Below are positions 46,732-54,818 of a DNA stretch of 54,818 nt, in pieces. The number at the start of each line of letters is the position of its first letter. Position 1 is the first letter of the stretch. The notes under the pieces were generated by a model, which worked only from the letters and a program-made list of their open reading frames with translations, was not told the DNA's origin and ran no database searches. The stretch lies in contig JABDGR010000003.1 of assembly GCA_013285985.1 (NCBI GenBank), positions 1 through 54,818 of the forward strand, written 5' to 3'. Position numbers and translations under genes: made by a program. This DNA is from Verrucomicrobiota bacterium. Its GTDB lineage: Bacteria; Verrucomicrobiota; Verrucomicrobiia; Opitutales; JABDGR01.

Positions 46732-49700
46732 TTACGCCCCGCCGCCCGTCACGCAATTAAACAGCGCCTCAAGCAATTCCTGGTTGCGGTAGGGCTTGAG
46801 CAGGAAATGCTGCACCCCCATCCGCCGCAGAGCCTCGACCCGGGTGTCATGGTTTACGCCGGAGGTGGCAATCACGCGTAAATCCGGGCGCAACTCGCGC
46901 AAGGCCTTCATGGTCGCGACCCCGTCCAGCCGCGGCATCATCACGTCCAACAAAACGACATCAACCTTGCGGTGACTTTTCACCATTTCAATGGCCTGGT
47001 ACCCATCGGAAGCTTCGAGCACTTCGTAACCGCTCTGCCCAAGGATGAACGACACCGCCTGGCGCAGCGGCACCTCGTCATCCACCACCAGCACGGTGCG
47101 GCCGGCGCCGGGCAGGTTTGTGCCGTTGTTCGCGCCGGCTTTTTTGGCCGGAGTCGAAGCCGACTTTTCGGTATTCGTCGGCGCCGGCAGCTCTGGCGAC
47201 GCGGGCAAGTAAACTACAAACGTCGTTCCCTGCGGCCCGGTGGATTCCAATTCGATGATGCCGCTGTGGTCCTGTACGATGCCCAAGGCGGTGGACAAGC
47301 CCAGCCCCGTCCCCTTGCCCACATCTTTGGTGGTGAAAAAAGGCTCAAAAATCTTTTCGCGCACCGGCCCGGGGATGCCCGTGCCCGTGTCACGCACGCG
47401 AATGCGCACATGCTTGCCTGGCTGCGCCCCGGGGAAGCTCGCCGTCTGCGCGCTGCCGAGCGTCACGTTGTCCGCCACCAGCGCAATCACCCCGCCCTCG
47501 GGCATGGCGTCCCGCGCATTGACACATAAATTCATCAGTACTTGCAGAATTTGCGTGGAATCGGCCTGGACCGGGGCGAGATCCGGCACCAAGCGCACTT
47601 CGAGGCGCACATCACGCGGGAAACTCTCGCGCACCAGGCGCTCAAGCTCGCCGATCAAGGGCACCAGCCACATCGCCTCGCGCTTGCTGCGCCGCCCACG
47701 CGAAAACGCCAGCACCTGCTGCACCAATTCTGTAGCGCGGTGGACGGAAATGTCCATCACCTCAATGATTTCCCGCTCCTTGCCGGAGAACGGCAGCGTA
47801 TTCAGGAATTCCGCCCCCATGCGCACGGGAGCGAGAATATTGTTCAAGTCATGGGCGATACCGCCGGCCAGGTTGCCGATGCTTTCCAGGCGCTGCGCCC
47901 GCGCGAGGCGCTCCTCTAACGCCCGCTGGTTGGTGATGTCCTCCATAATTTTAACGCAATGCGTGACGGATCCGCTCTCATCAAAAATCGGGAAGAGCAC
48001 GGAACGCGCCATGAACTGCCGGGCATCCTTCGCGCGGATGAGGTGCTCGCCCTCCCATTTTTTGCCCTGCCGCAGCCGCGCCCACAAATCCGTGTAAAAT
48101 TCCGCCGGAATGGAATTCGGCCGGAGCAAAAGCGGGGTCTGGCCCAGCAATTCCTCCTGCGCGTAGCCGGATACTTCGCAAAATTTCCGGTTCGCGTATT
48201 CGACCACGCCCTGCGGATCCGTGATCAAAATTGCCACCGGGCTTTGCTCGACCACTTGCGACAAGCGCCGCGAAGTCTGCTCCTGCGCGAAGCGGTGCGA
48301 CACATCCATCACCAACCCGAGAATGGCCGGCTCGCCTTCGTGCTCCGATGCGATGCCGTGCCCCTGCACCGCCACGGTGGCGCCTTGCGGCCCGGACAGG
48401 CGGAACAACAGCGCCGCCTCCTGGGCCGTCTCGGCATAGACCGGGCGCAACCGCTCCGCCGTCATCGTGCGATCGTCCGGGTGCACCAACTCCATGAACT
48501 CCGGCCGCAGCGGCGGGCGGGCGCCGCCGGCCCGCACAATCGCCCAGAATTTCGGGTTCGCGTAAACCACGCGGTTTTCCTGCAAAATGAAAATTCCCGC
48601 CAGCGATTGTTCCACGAGCCCGCGGAATTTTTCCTCCGCCAGCTTGACGCGGGCCAGATCCGTCGCCGTACCGGTGATAAAGCCATCCGCCGCCGGTTCG
48701 GTGGAGAAGCCCAAACGCAGCCAGCGATATGCGCCACTGCGGTGGCGCAACCGCACTTCCAATACTTGCTGCACACCCGGCTCCTGCGCACACGCCGCCA
48801 GTGCCTCCGTAAAATGGAGCCGGTCCTCCGGATGGAGCAATTCCTGCCAATGCGGCAGGCGGTTCGGAAATTCCTTGGCTTCATATCCCAACAATTCGGC
48901 CATCCGGGCCTCCCAGGTCAAACTCCCCTCCTTCGGGTTGAGGGTCCACATCCCCACGGCGCCGGCCTGCGTGGCCAGGGCATAACGACGACGTTCGTCG
49001 CGTAATTCCGCCGCCATCGTCTCGCTCCCGGTCACATCCAGCCCCAGCGCGAGCACGCTCTCCGGCTGGCCGTCCTCACCCGGCAATACCGACACGTGCC
49101 ACTCCACCAGACAGGTGTCACCCGCTTGGGTTAAATGGCGCATGGAGACAATGCGCCCGGCCTTTTCCTTGCCCGTGGCCTCGGCAAACGCCGTCCGCAA
49201 GGCCTGCGCGCCACCGGCGTCCACCCAGCCCAATTCCTCGGCTGGTTTGCCCAGCACCTCCATCGCGCGCCAGCCAAAAACCGTTTCGGCGCGTCCGGTC
49301 CATTCCTTGATGCGTCGCTGGGCGTCCAGCTCAACGACCACCAGCGGTGTGTTTTCAAAATGCAGATGCTGGCGCCGGAAAAATTCCCGTTCGTGCTTCT
49401 TGGCGTCGAACAGCAAATTTTTGGCCTGTTTCTGCAATTGCTTCACATGCTTGTTCTGCTGACGCGAGTTCCACAGCAACCCCACCAACACCGAAAACAT
49501 AAAGGCCAGCGACACCCCGCGGTAGAACGCCTGAGCATGGTCGCCCTCGGACAAATCAGGCACGTAATCCGTCAGTTCCGGCTTATTCGCAGCTAAGCTC
49601 GCGGTGCTTAGAGCCGCCGCCAGCCGGGCGGTGCCCGTCGGCGTCTTGGGCGCGGAGGCGGCGGGCGGGGCGGGCTGGCCCCATGCAGGCGATGCCAAGG

Positions 49701-49767
49701 CGGCGGCAAGAACCAAAAAAGTTCCTCGCACACACCATGTATTTCGTAATGATTTGAAGACAAACAT
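46732..49767 (-). CDS. Multi-PAS hybrid sensor histidine kinase/response regulator (start uncertain)
   Basis: About four PAS domains, GIAHDLNNIL, NLCVNARDAM, FTTKDVGKGTGLGL, receiver LVVDDE/LDVMMP/KP. Confidence 0.92.
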   Translation of the reverse strand: MFVFKSLRNTWCVRGTFLVLAAALASPAWGQPAPPAASAPKTPTGTARLAAALSTASLAANKPELTDYVPDLSEGDHAQAFYRGVSLAFMFSVLVGLLWNSRQQNKHVKQLQKQAKNLLFDAKKHEREFFRRQHLHFENTPLVVVELDAQRRIKEWTGRAETVFGWRAMEVLGKPAEELGWVDAGGAQALRTAFAEATGKEKAGRIVSMRHLTQAGDTCLVEWHVSVLPGEDGQPESVLALGLDVTGSETMAAELRDERRRYALATQAGAVGMWTLNPKEGSLTWEARMAELLGYEAKEFPNRLPHWQELLHPEDRLHFTEALAACAQEPGVQQVLEVRLRHRSGAYRWLRLGFSTEPAADGFITGTATDLARVKLAEEKFRGLVEQSLAGIFILQENRVVYANPKFWAIVRAGGARPPLRPEFMELVHPDDRTMTAERLRPVYAETAQEAALLFRLSGPQGATVAVQGHGIASEHEGEPAILGLVMDVSHRFAQEQTSRRLSQVVEQSPVAILITDPQGVVEYANRKFCEVSGYAQEELLGQTPLLLRPNSIPAEFYTDLWARLRQGKKWEGEHLIRAKDARQFMARSVLFPIFDESGSVTHCVKIMEDITNQRALEERLARAQRLESIGNLAGGIAHDLNNILAPVRMGAEFLNTLPFSGKEREIIEVMDISVHRATELVQQVLAFSRGRRSKREAMWLVPLIGELERLVRESFPRDVRLEVRLVPDLAPVQADSTQILQVLMNLCVNARDAMPEGGVIALVADNVTLGSAQTASFPGAQPGKHVRIRVRDTGTGIPGPVREKIFEPFFTTKDVGKGTGLGLSTALGIVQDHSGIIELESTGPQGTTFVVYLPASPELPAPTNTEKSASTPAKKAGANNGTNLPGAGRTVLVVDDEVPLRQAVSFILGQSGYEVLEASDGYQAIEMVKSHRKVDVVLLDVMMPRLDGVATMKALRELRPDLRVIATSGVNHDTRVEALRRMGVQHFLLKPYRNQELLEALFNCVTGGGA

Positions 49768-49867
49768 CCAGTTGTTAAGCATATCGCAGCGACATTCCCG
49801 CGAGAAGCATAATCCTAGCCCTTTCCGGAGGAAAACCGAAGCGTAAATAGGGTAAAACATTTGTAAA

Positions 49868-51031
49868 ATGAGCACTTGCCTTCAGCCGACGGGGGGCGAA
49901 CTGTATTTTGTGGCCACGCCTACATCCACTGACAAGTGCCTTCCAGCCCGTATCCCGGCGCTTGATGGCATCCGCGGGCTGGCCATCGCTTTGGTCCTCG
50001 CCCGGCACTTGATCAGCGTGTCACTCGAGCAAGCGGACCAGCTCGACGGCTGGAAGTATACCTTATGGTACTGGATCAAACTCGGTGGTTTCGGCGTGGA
50101 CTTGTTTTTTGTGCTCAGCGGGTTTCTCATTACCCGCATCCTGCTCGAAAACCAAAATTCGCCCCGGCTTTTTCGCGCGTTTTACCTGCGCCGCTGCTGC
50201 CGCATCCTGCCGCTTTATTTTTCCCTCCTTTTCGGAGTATTTCTCCTTCACCATTTCGTCCACGCGGACCCGCTGAGGAGCTTGCTGTTTGGGGACCAAT
50301 ATCCGTGGGCCAGCTATCTCACCTTCACGCAAAATTTCGCCATGGCCGTAGGCGCCACCACCGGCGGGCTGGCGCTGGCCGTCACCTGGTCGCTGGCCGT
50401 CGAGGAACAATTCTACCTCGGGTTGCCGTGGGTCATCCGCTGGGTTCCGGCCCGGTATCTGCCCTGGCTGTTTGCCAGCGGCATCCCCTGGGCCTTGCTC
50501 GTGCGCTTCCACTGGAACGACTGGCGCAGCCGCGTCTGGCTGCCGGGGCATACGGACTCCCTGCTCACCGGCTGCCTGCTGGCGTGGGTTTGCTTGCAAC
50601 CCGGCGCACTCGCCTGGCTGCAACGTCAAGGCCGCGGCTTGACGGCCCTGCTGGTCATTCTCGGTGGCGGCATTTTCGTCATCAACCAAATGCCGGAATA
50701 CTATGTGTGGATCACCGACACCTGGATGACGCTGTTTTTTGGCGTGCTCGTGCTCATCGGCATTTCCCAACGCGGCCACGTCATCACAAAATTTCTCGAA
50801 CTGCGCTGGCTCGGGTTTCTCGGAATGATTTCCTACGGAGTTTATCTCCTCCATTTCCCCGTCAACAGCATCGTCTTCTGGCTTCTGCACAAAACTACGC
50901 CCGTGATTAACAACGCCAGCGACCTCATGCTGACCTTCCTCGGCTTCGCGCTCACCCTCGCCCTCGCCACACTCTCGTGGTTTTTCTTTGAGAAACGCTG
51001 GGTAAAACTCGGCCATCAGGCAAAGTATTGA
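49868..51031 (+). CDS. Acyltransferase-3 (OafA-like) membrane protein
   Basis: LDGIRGLAI, GVDLFFVLSGFLI, TWSLAVEEQFY, GMISYGVYLLH. Confidence 0.92.
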   Translation: MSTCLQPTGGELYFVATPTSTDKCLPARIPALDGIRGLAIALVLARHLISVSLEQADQLDGWKYTLWYWIKLGGFGVDLFFVLSGFLITRILLENQNSPRLFRAFYLRRCCRILPLYFSLLFGVFLLHHFVHADPLRSLLFGDQYPWASYLTFTQNFAMAVGATTGGLALAVTWSLAVEEQFYLGLPWVIRWVPARYLPWLFASGIPWALLVRFHWNDWRSRVWLPGHTDSLLTGCLLAWVCLQPGALAWLQRQGRGLTALLVILGGGIFVINQMPEYYVWITDTWMTLFFGVLVLIGISQRGHVITKFLELRWLGFLGMISYGVYLLHFPVNSIVFWLLHKTTPVINNASDLMLTFLGFALTLALATLSWFFFEKRWVKLGHQAKY

Positions 51032-51037
51032 TACTTT

Positions 51038-52057
51038 TTATGGCTTCCACTCGCCGGTAAACACGACCTTGCCGCCTTTGCCCGCGCGGAAGGCGTGCTC
51101 CAGGGCTCCATGCCATTGCGCCAACGGGTATCGCGCGACAATGGGCTGGGCAATGACTCTGTCACGCAACAATCCTAAAAGTTTTTCGAGCGTCGCCCGC
51201 GTTTCCGCAGCCGGATGGGAACGAACCCAGCCATCGAGCCAAAATCCGCGAAGTTGTATATCGTTGAATATCAAAGATCTGGTCGGGAAGCGCACCGGCT
51301 CGGCCGTCACGCCGCCATAAGTCACCACCACGCCGCCAGATGAAAGCGCCCGGCATAATCGCCCGACGCTTTCGCCGCCGACGGCGTTTAGTGCTAGTTT
51401 TATCGGCGCCCCGCCCGTCAGTTTCAGTGGCTCTTTTTCATAACCCGAATCCTCCGCGACAACCACGGTGGCGCCGTTTTCTTTCAAACGTTTCGCCACG
51501 GCAACATCGCGCACCACGCTCAAGCAATTCAGCCCCAGATGCCGCGACAGTTGCGCCACCAATACGCCGACCGCCGAGGTTCCGGCGTTTTGAATGAGCC
51601 AATCACCTCGCTCCAGTCGGACAAAATCGTGCAGCATCCGCCACGCCGTCGGCGGGTTGATGAAAGCCATCGCCGCCTGCTCATCGGGAATGCCCGCGGG
51701 AATGGGAAAAAATTCGGCAGCCTTCGCCACCACGGCCTCGCGCCACACGCCTGCGTCCTCGGGCATTCGCACTCGCGCACCGATTTTCAACCCGGAAACT
51801 CCGGCGCCCAGCGCCACGACCTCGCCTACTCCTTCGCGTCCAGCCACCGACGGCAACGCCTTCAAGTTTCCATAGGTTCCGTTGACTAACCCCAAGTCCG
51901 AATAATGAATCGCCGCACAACGCATCGCGACCAGGGCTTCGCCTTGGCCAAGCGCAGGCAATTCAAGCGTGGTCGCCTCCAGCACCTCCGCCGGTAGCCC
52001 GTGCCGCTCGTAATGCAGGGCCTGGATATGCAAAGGACCACCCGGGATATTCGTCAT
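51038..52057 (-). CDS. MDR-family 2-enoyl thioester reductase-like oxidoreductase
   Basis: GREGVGEV, INPPTAWRML, QNAGTSAVG, LNAVGG, VTYGG. Start at ATG 52057. Confidence 0.88.
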   Translation of the reverse strand: MTNIPGGPLHIQALHYERHGLPAEVLEATTLELPALGQGEALVAMRCAAIHYSDLGLVNGTYGNLKALPSVAGREGVGEVVALGAGVSGLKIGARVRMPEDAGVWREAVVAKAAEFFPIPAGIPDEQAAMAFINPPTAWRMLHDFVRLERGDWLIQNAGTSAVGVLVAQLSRHLGLNCLSVVRDVAVAKRLKENGATVVVAEDSGYEKEPLKLTGGAPIKLALNAVGGESVGRLCRALSSGGVVVTYGGVTAEPVRFPTRSLIFNDIQLRGFWLDGWVRSHPAAETRATLEKLLGLLRDRVIAQPIVARYPLAQWHGALEHAFRAGKGGKVVFTGEWKP

Positions 52058-52108
52058 AACCTTAATTCTTTGCTTTCCGCGGGCGCGGGGGAAGCGTAAA
52101 ACAAAGAA

Positions 52109-53560
52109 ATGGCCAAACCTTCCAAGAAGGCCCCCTCTACCCCGGCGGCGAAAGCTTCCGGGGCACCGGCGCAGGTGACGTGGGGCGGGCGCTTCGCCAG
52201 CGGCCCGGCGGCGCTCATGCTTAAGTTCAGCGAATCCGTGTCCTTTGACCGCCGGCTCGCGCCATTCGACATCATGGGCTCGCAGGCCCAAGCCAACATG
52301 CTCGCAAAGGTCGGCTTGCTGACCAACGCCGAGCGCGATGCCCTCATTCACGGCCTTGACAATATTTTGGGCGAAATCAAAAGCGGCGCCTTCGTATGGG
52401 AAACTTCCCTGGAAGACGTGCACATGAATATTGAGCACGCCCTGCGCAAGCTCACGCCTGCCGCCGCGAAGCTCCACGCCGGCCGCAGCCGTAACGACCA
52501 GGTCGCCACCGCCATGCGGCTGTGGTTCAAGTGGTCCTGCTCGCATCTTTACCACGCACTCGGCGAAGTCCTGCGCGTCCTCGTCGAGCAGGCGGAGGCC
52601 AATCAGAAAGTCGTCCTGCCCGGTTACACGCATCTCCAGCGCGCCCAGCCCGTCACGCTGGCGCATCACCTACTCGCCTACGCCGAGATGTTCGGGCGCG
52701 ACCGGGCGCGCTTCCTCGAGGTCGCCGAGCATGCCAACTGGTGCCCGCTCGGCTCCGGCGCGCTCGCCGGCACCACCCTGCCCATTGACCGCGAAGCCAC
52801 CGCCCGGGAACTGGGCTTCGTGGACTCGCAGGGACGCGTGCGCCTGACCCAAAATAGCATGGACGCCGTCGCCGACCGCGACGTGTTTGTCGAATTTCTC
52901 GCCGCTGCCGCGCTCTGCGGCGTGCATGCCTCGCGCGTCGCCGAAGACTTGATTCTCTGGAGCAGCGCCGAGTTCCGTTTTGTTACGCTGCCCGAGGCAT
53001 TCACCACCGGCTCGAGCCTGATGCCGCAGAAAAAGAATCCCGACGCGCTGGAACTCCTGCGCGGGAAGTCCGCGCGGCTACAAGGACATCTGCAAACCAT
53101 GCTCAGCCTCATCAAGGGCCTGCCGCTGACCTACAACCGCGATTTGCAGGAGGATAAGCCACCGGTGTTCGACGCCTTTGACCAGCTCTCACTCGGGCTG
53201 GAAATACTCGCCCGCGTCGTCGAGGGGTTGGAACCCAACGCCGACGCGTGCGCCGCCGCCGCGAGTGACCCGCTGCTCCTCGCCACTGACCTCGCCGATC
53301 ACCTGGTGCTGCAAGGCCTGCCATTCCGTGACGCTCACCACGCCGTTGGCGCGCTCGTCGCGCTCGCGGAAAAATTGGAAACGCCGCTGAATAAACTCTC
53401 CGACGCCGACGCTCGCAAAATCGCGCCGAAGCTCGGCGCCAACTGGCGGGACGTATTTAATACCACCCGGGCGCTCGCCGCGCGGGAAAAGCCCGGCATG
53501 CCCGGGCCCAAGCAAATCGCCGCGCAAATCACCCGGTGGAAAAATGCGCTCAAGGGCTAG
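52109..53560 (+). CDS. argH: Argininosuccinate lyase
   Basis: [55 protein letters not shown]. Confidence 0.97.
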   Translation: MAKPSKKAPSTPAAKASGAPAQVTWGGRFASGPAALMLKFSESVSFDRRLAPFDIMGSQAQANMLAKVGLLTNAERDALIHGLDNILGEIKSGAFVWETSLEDVHMNIEHALRKLTPAAAKLHAGRSRNDQVATAMRLWFKWSCSHLYHALGEVLRVLVEQAEANQKVVLPGYTHLQRAQPVTLAHHLLAYAEMFGRDRARFLEVAEHANWCPLGSGALAGTTLPIDREATARELGFVDSQGRVRLTQNSMDAVADRDVFVEFLAAAALCGVHASRVAEDLILWSSAEFRFVTLPEAFTTGSSLMPQKKNPDALELLRGKSARLQGHLQTMLSLIKGLPLTYNRDLQEDKPPVFDAFDQLSLGLEILARVVEGLEPNADACAAAASDPLLLATDLADHLVLQGLPFRDAHHAVGALVALAEKLETPLNKLSDADARKIAPKLGANWRDVFNTTRALAAREKPGMPGPKQIAAQITRWKNALKG

Positions 53561-53584
53561 ACGGCGGTTTGATTCGGCCCGTGA

Positions 53585-53614
53585 TTGACAAACAGCTTTC
53601 GGCAACTTTAGAGT
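53585..53614 (+). promoter_or_regulatory. Sigma70-type promoter
   Basis: TTGACA (53585-53590), 18-nt spacer, TAGAGT (53609-53614). Confidence 0.6.
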
Positions 53615-53623
53615 TCCGCCCTC

Positions 53624-53728
53624 ATGAACCGCTTGCGCGCCCGCCATCCGTTCGCCGCCCCGGCCAGCTTCGTCGCCCTGACGAAGAAGGCGTGGGTTAC
53701 GCACATCCCCGGCTCGACGCGGTTCTGA
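53624..53728 (+). CDS. Putative 34-aa leader peptide
   Basis: MNRLRARHPFAAPASFVALTKKAWVTHIPGSTRF*, between the promoter and a terminator. Confidence 0.5.
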   Translation: MNRLRARHPFAAPASFVALTKKAWVTHIPGSTRF

Positions 53729-53752
53729 GGCTGATTCAATAATTTTCCCTCC

Positions 53753-53784
53753 AACCCGCCGAGCACCTGCCGGCGGGTTTTTTT
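53753..53784 (+). terminator. Intrinsic terminator (attenuator) upstream of the EamA gene
   Basis: AACCCGCCG-loop-CGGCGGGTT continuing into a T run. Confidence 0.75.
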
Positions 53785-53824
53785 GCCCACGCTCGCCGGT
53801 GTTCTCGGTTCTCCCGTTCCCACC

Positions 53825-54796
53825 ATGAACATCACCTCCGCCATTCCCGCGCCGCCCTCGCGCGCCAAGCTCATCACGGCGTTTGCCGTGTTGTACCTCG
53901 TGTGGGGTTCGACCTACCTCGCCATCCGGGTGGGCGTTGCGGCGTTTCCGCCGTTCCTCATGGCGGGTATTCGTTACCTGATTGCCGGAGGGTTGATGTT
54001 CGGCTGGCTCGCCTTTCGCGGTATGCGCCTGCCCAACGCCCGGCAATGGAAGGAAGCAGCCATCACCGGCTCGCTGCTCCTGCTCGGTGGCAACGGGGTC
54101 GTCTGCTGGGCGGAACAAACCGTCAACTCGAGCCTCGCAGCGCTCATCCTCGCCTCGTCGCCGATTTGGTTTGCCGTGTTCGACACCATTCGGCCGAACG
54201 GCCGCCGCCAGCAGCTTAATACCATACTGGGGATTCTCGTGGGCACGGGCGGCGTCCTGCTGCTCGTCTTCGGCGCGCCGGCGCATGATGTAAAGACGAA
54301 TGCCACCTCGTGGGTCGGGGCGGGGGCGCTCGTAGCGGCCTGCGGATTCTGGGCCGGTGGTTCACTCTATAATAAGTACCATACGTCGCCGGTCTCGCCC
54401 TGGATGTCCACCGCGGCACAGATGTTGTGCGGCGGCGTGGCGAATTGCCTGATGGGCACAGTATGCGGCGAATGGAGTTCGTTCCACCCGGCGCAGGCCA
54501 CCGCAATGCCGCTGCTGGCCTTTGTCTATCTGATATTTTTCGGTTCCATCGCGGGCTTTAGCGCCTACGTCTGGCTGCTCGGCCATTGCGCGCCCGCCAA
54601 GGTGGCCACGTATGCGTATGTCAACCCCGTCATCGCCACTTTTCTCGGCTGGTTGATTTTGCATGAGCCGATCACTCCCGTGATTTGCTTTGCCGCGTTC
54701 ATCATCCTCGGCGGCGTGCTCGTCGTGCAATGGCCCGCCAAAAAAACCCGCCAAATCCCGCCCCTGAGCGGAACGCGTGCACCCTTCAGGAACTGA
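53825..54796 (+). CDS. EamA/DMT-family transporter (YedA-like)
   Basis: YLVWGSTYLAIR, RYLIAG, YLIFFGS, YAYVNPVIA; about 10 TM helices. Confidence 0.92.
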   Translation: MNITSAIPAPPSRAKLITAFAVLYLVWGSTYLAIRVGVAAFPPFLMAGIRYLIAGGLMFGWLAFRGMRLPNARQWKEAAITGSLLLLGGNGVVCWAEQTVNSSLAALILASSPIWFAVFDTIRPNGRRQQLNTILGILVGTGGVLLLVFGAPAHDVKTNATSWVGAGALVAACGFWAGGSLYNKYHTSPVSPWMSTAAQMLCGGVANCLMGTVCGEWSSFHPAQATAMPLLAFVYLIFFGSIAGFSAYVWLLGHCAPAKVATYAYVNPVIATFLGWLILHEPITPVICFAAFIILGGVLVVQWPAKKTRQIPPLSGTRAPFRN

Positions 54797-54818
54797 GATA
54801 CTTCCAGTTGAGCGGCTT

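Noticed and set aside
52058-52669. N-terminal extension making the reductase 543 aa
   Set aside because: Overlaps argH on the opposite strand; the MDR domain starts at ATG 52057.
1-54818. CRISPR array or rRNA
   Set aside because: No regularly spaced repeat-spacer array or rRNA-like sequence seen by eye.

Overview
Bacterial chromosome window, probably Verrucomicrobiota (Opitutae-like; inferred from gene content and the RHS/fibre motifs, not proven). (1) 1-8099 is the right part of a tRNA-Ser-integrated mobilisable defence island carrying a MobF relaxase-helicase, McrBC and a small gene plus nucleotidyltransferase pair; it ends at a duplicated tRNA 3' end. (2) 8317-20552 is a minus-strand polymorphic-toxin locus: two paralogous secreted beta-rich fibre-like proteins with 'GDI(L/P)' C-terminal tails, a ~2930-aa signal-peptide-bearing RHS protein with three 'NLGQLK'-type N-terminal repeats and an apparently exchanged C-terminal domain, and a coupled immunity-like gene. 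These proteins are very rich in N-X-S/T sequons, except the toxin domain. (3) Housekeeping genes follow (LMF1-like, oxidoreductase, ygfZ, DAHP synthase, mdh, tRNA-Glu, tRNA-Leu). (4) A complete 3105-bp IS1-family transporter element (19-bp IRs, 8-bp TSD) carries a Panacea TA pair, a trypsin-like protease and a small basic protein. (5) The rest holds a type III PKS cluster, C1 peptidase, ABC exporter, SNF2 helicase, CbpA, an unusual class III cyclase/NDT-like/PAS-like fusion, hisN, a hybrid kinase, argH and an EamA transporter behind a probable leader-peptide attenuator. The best candidates for an undescribed system are the fibre + triple-repeat RHS locus, the cyclase fusion and the cargo-carrying IS.
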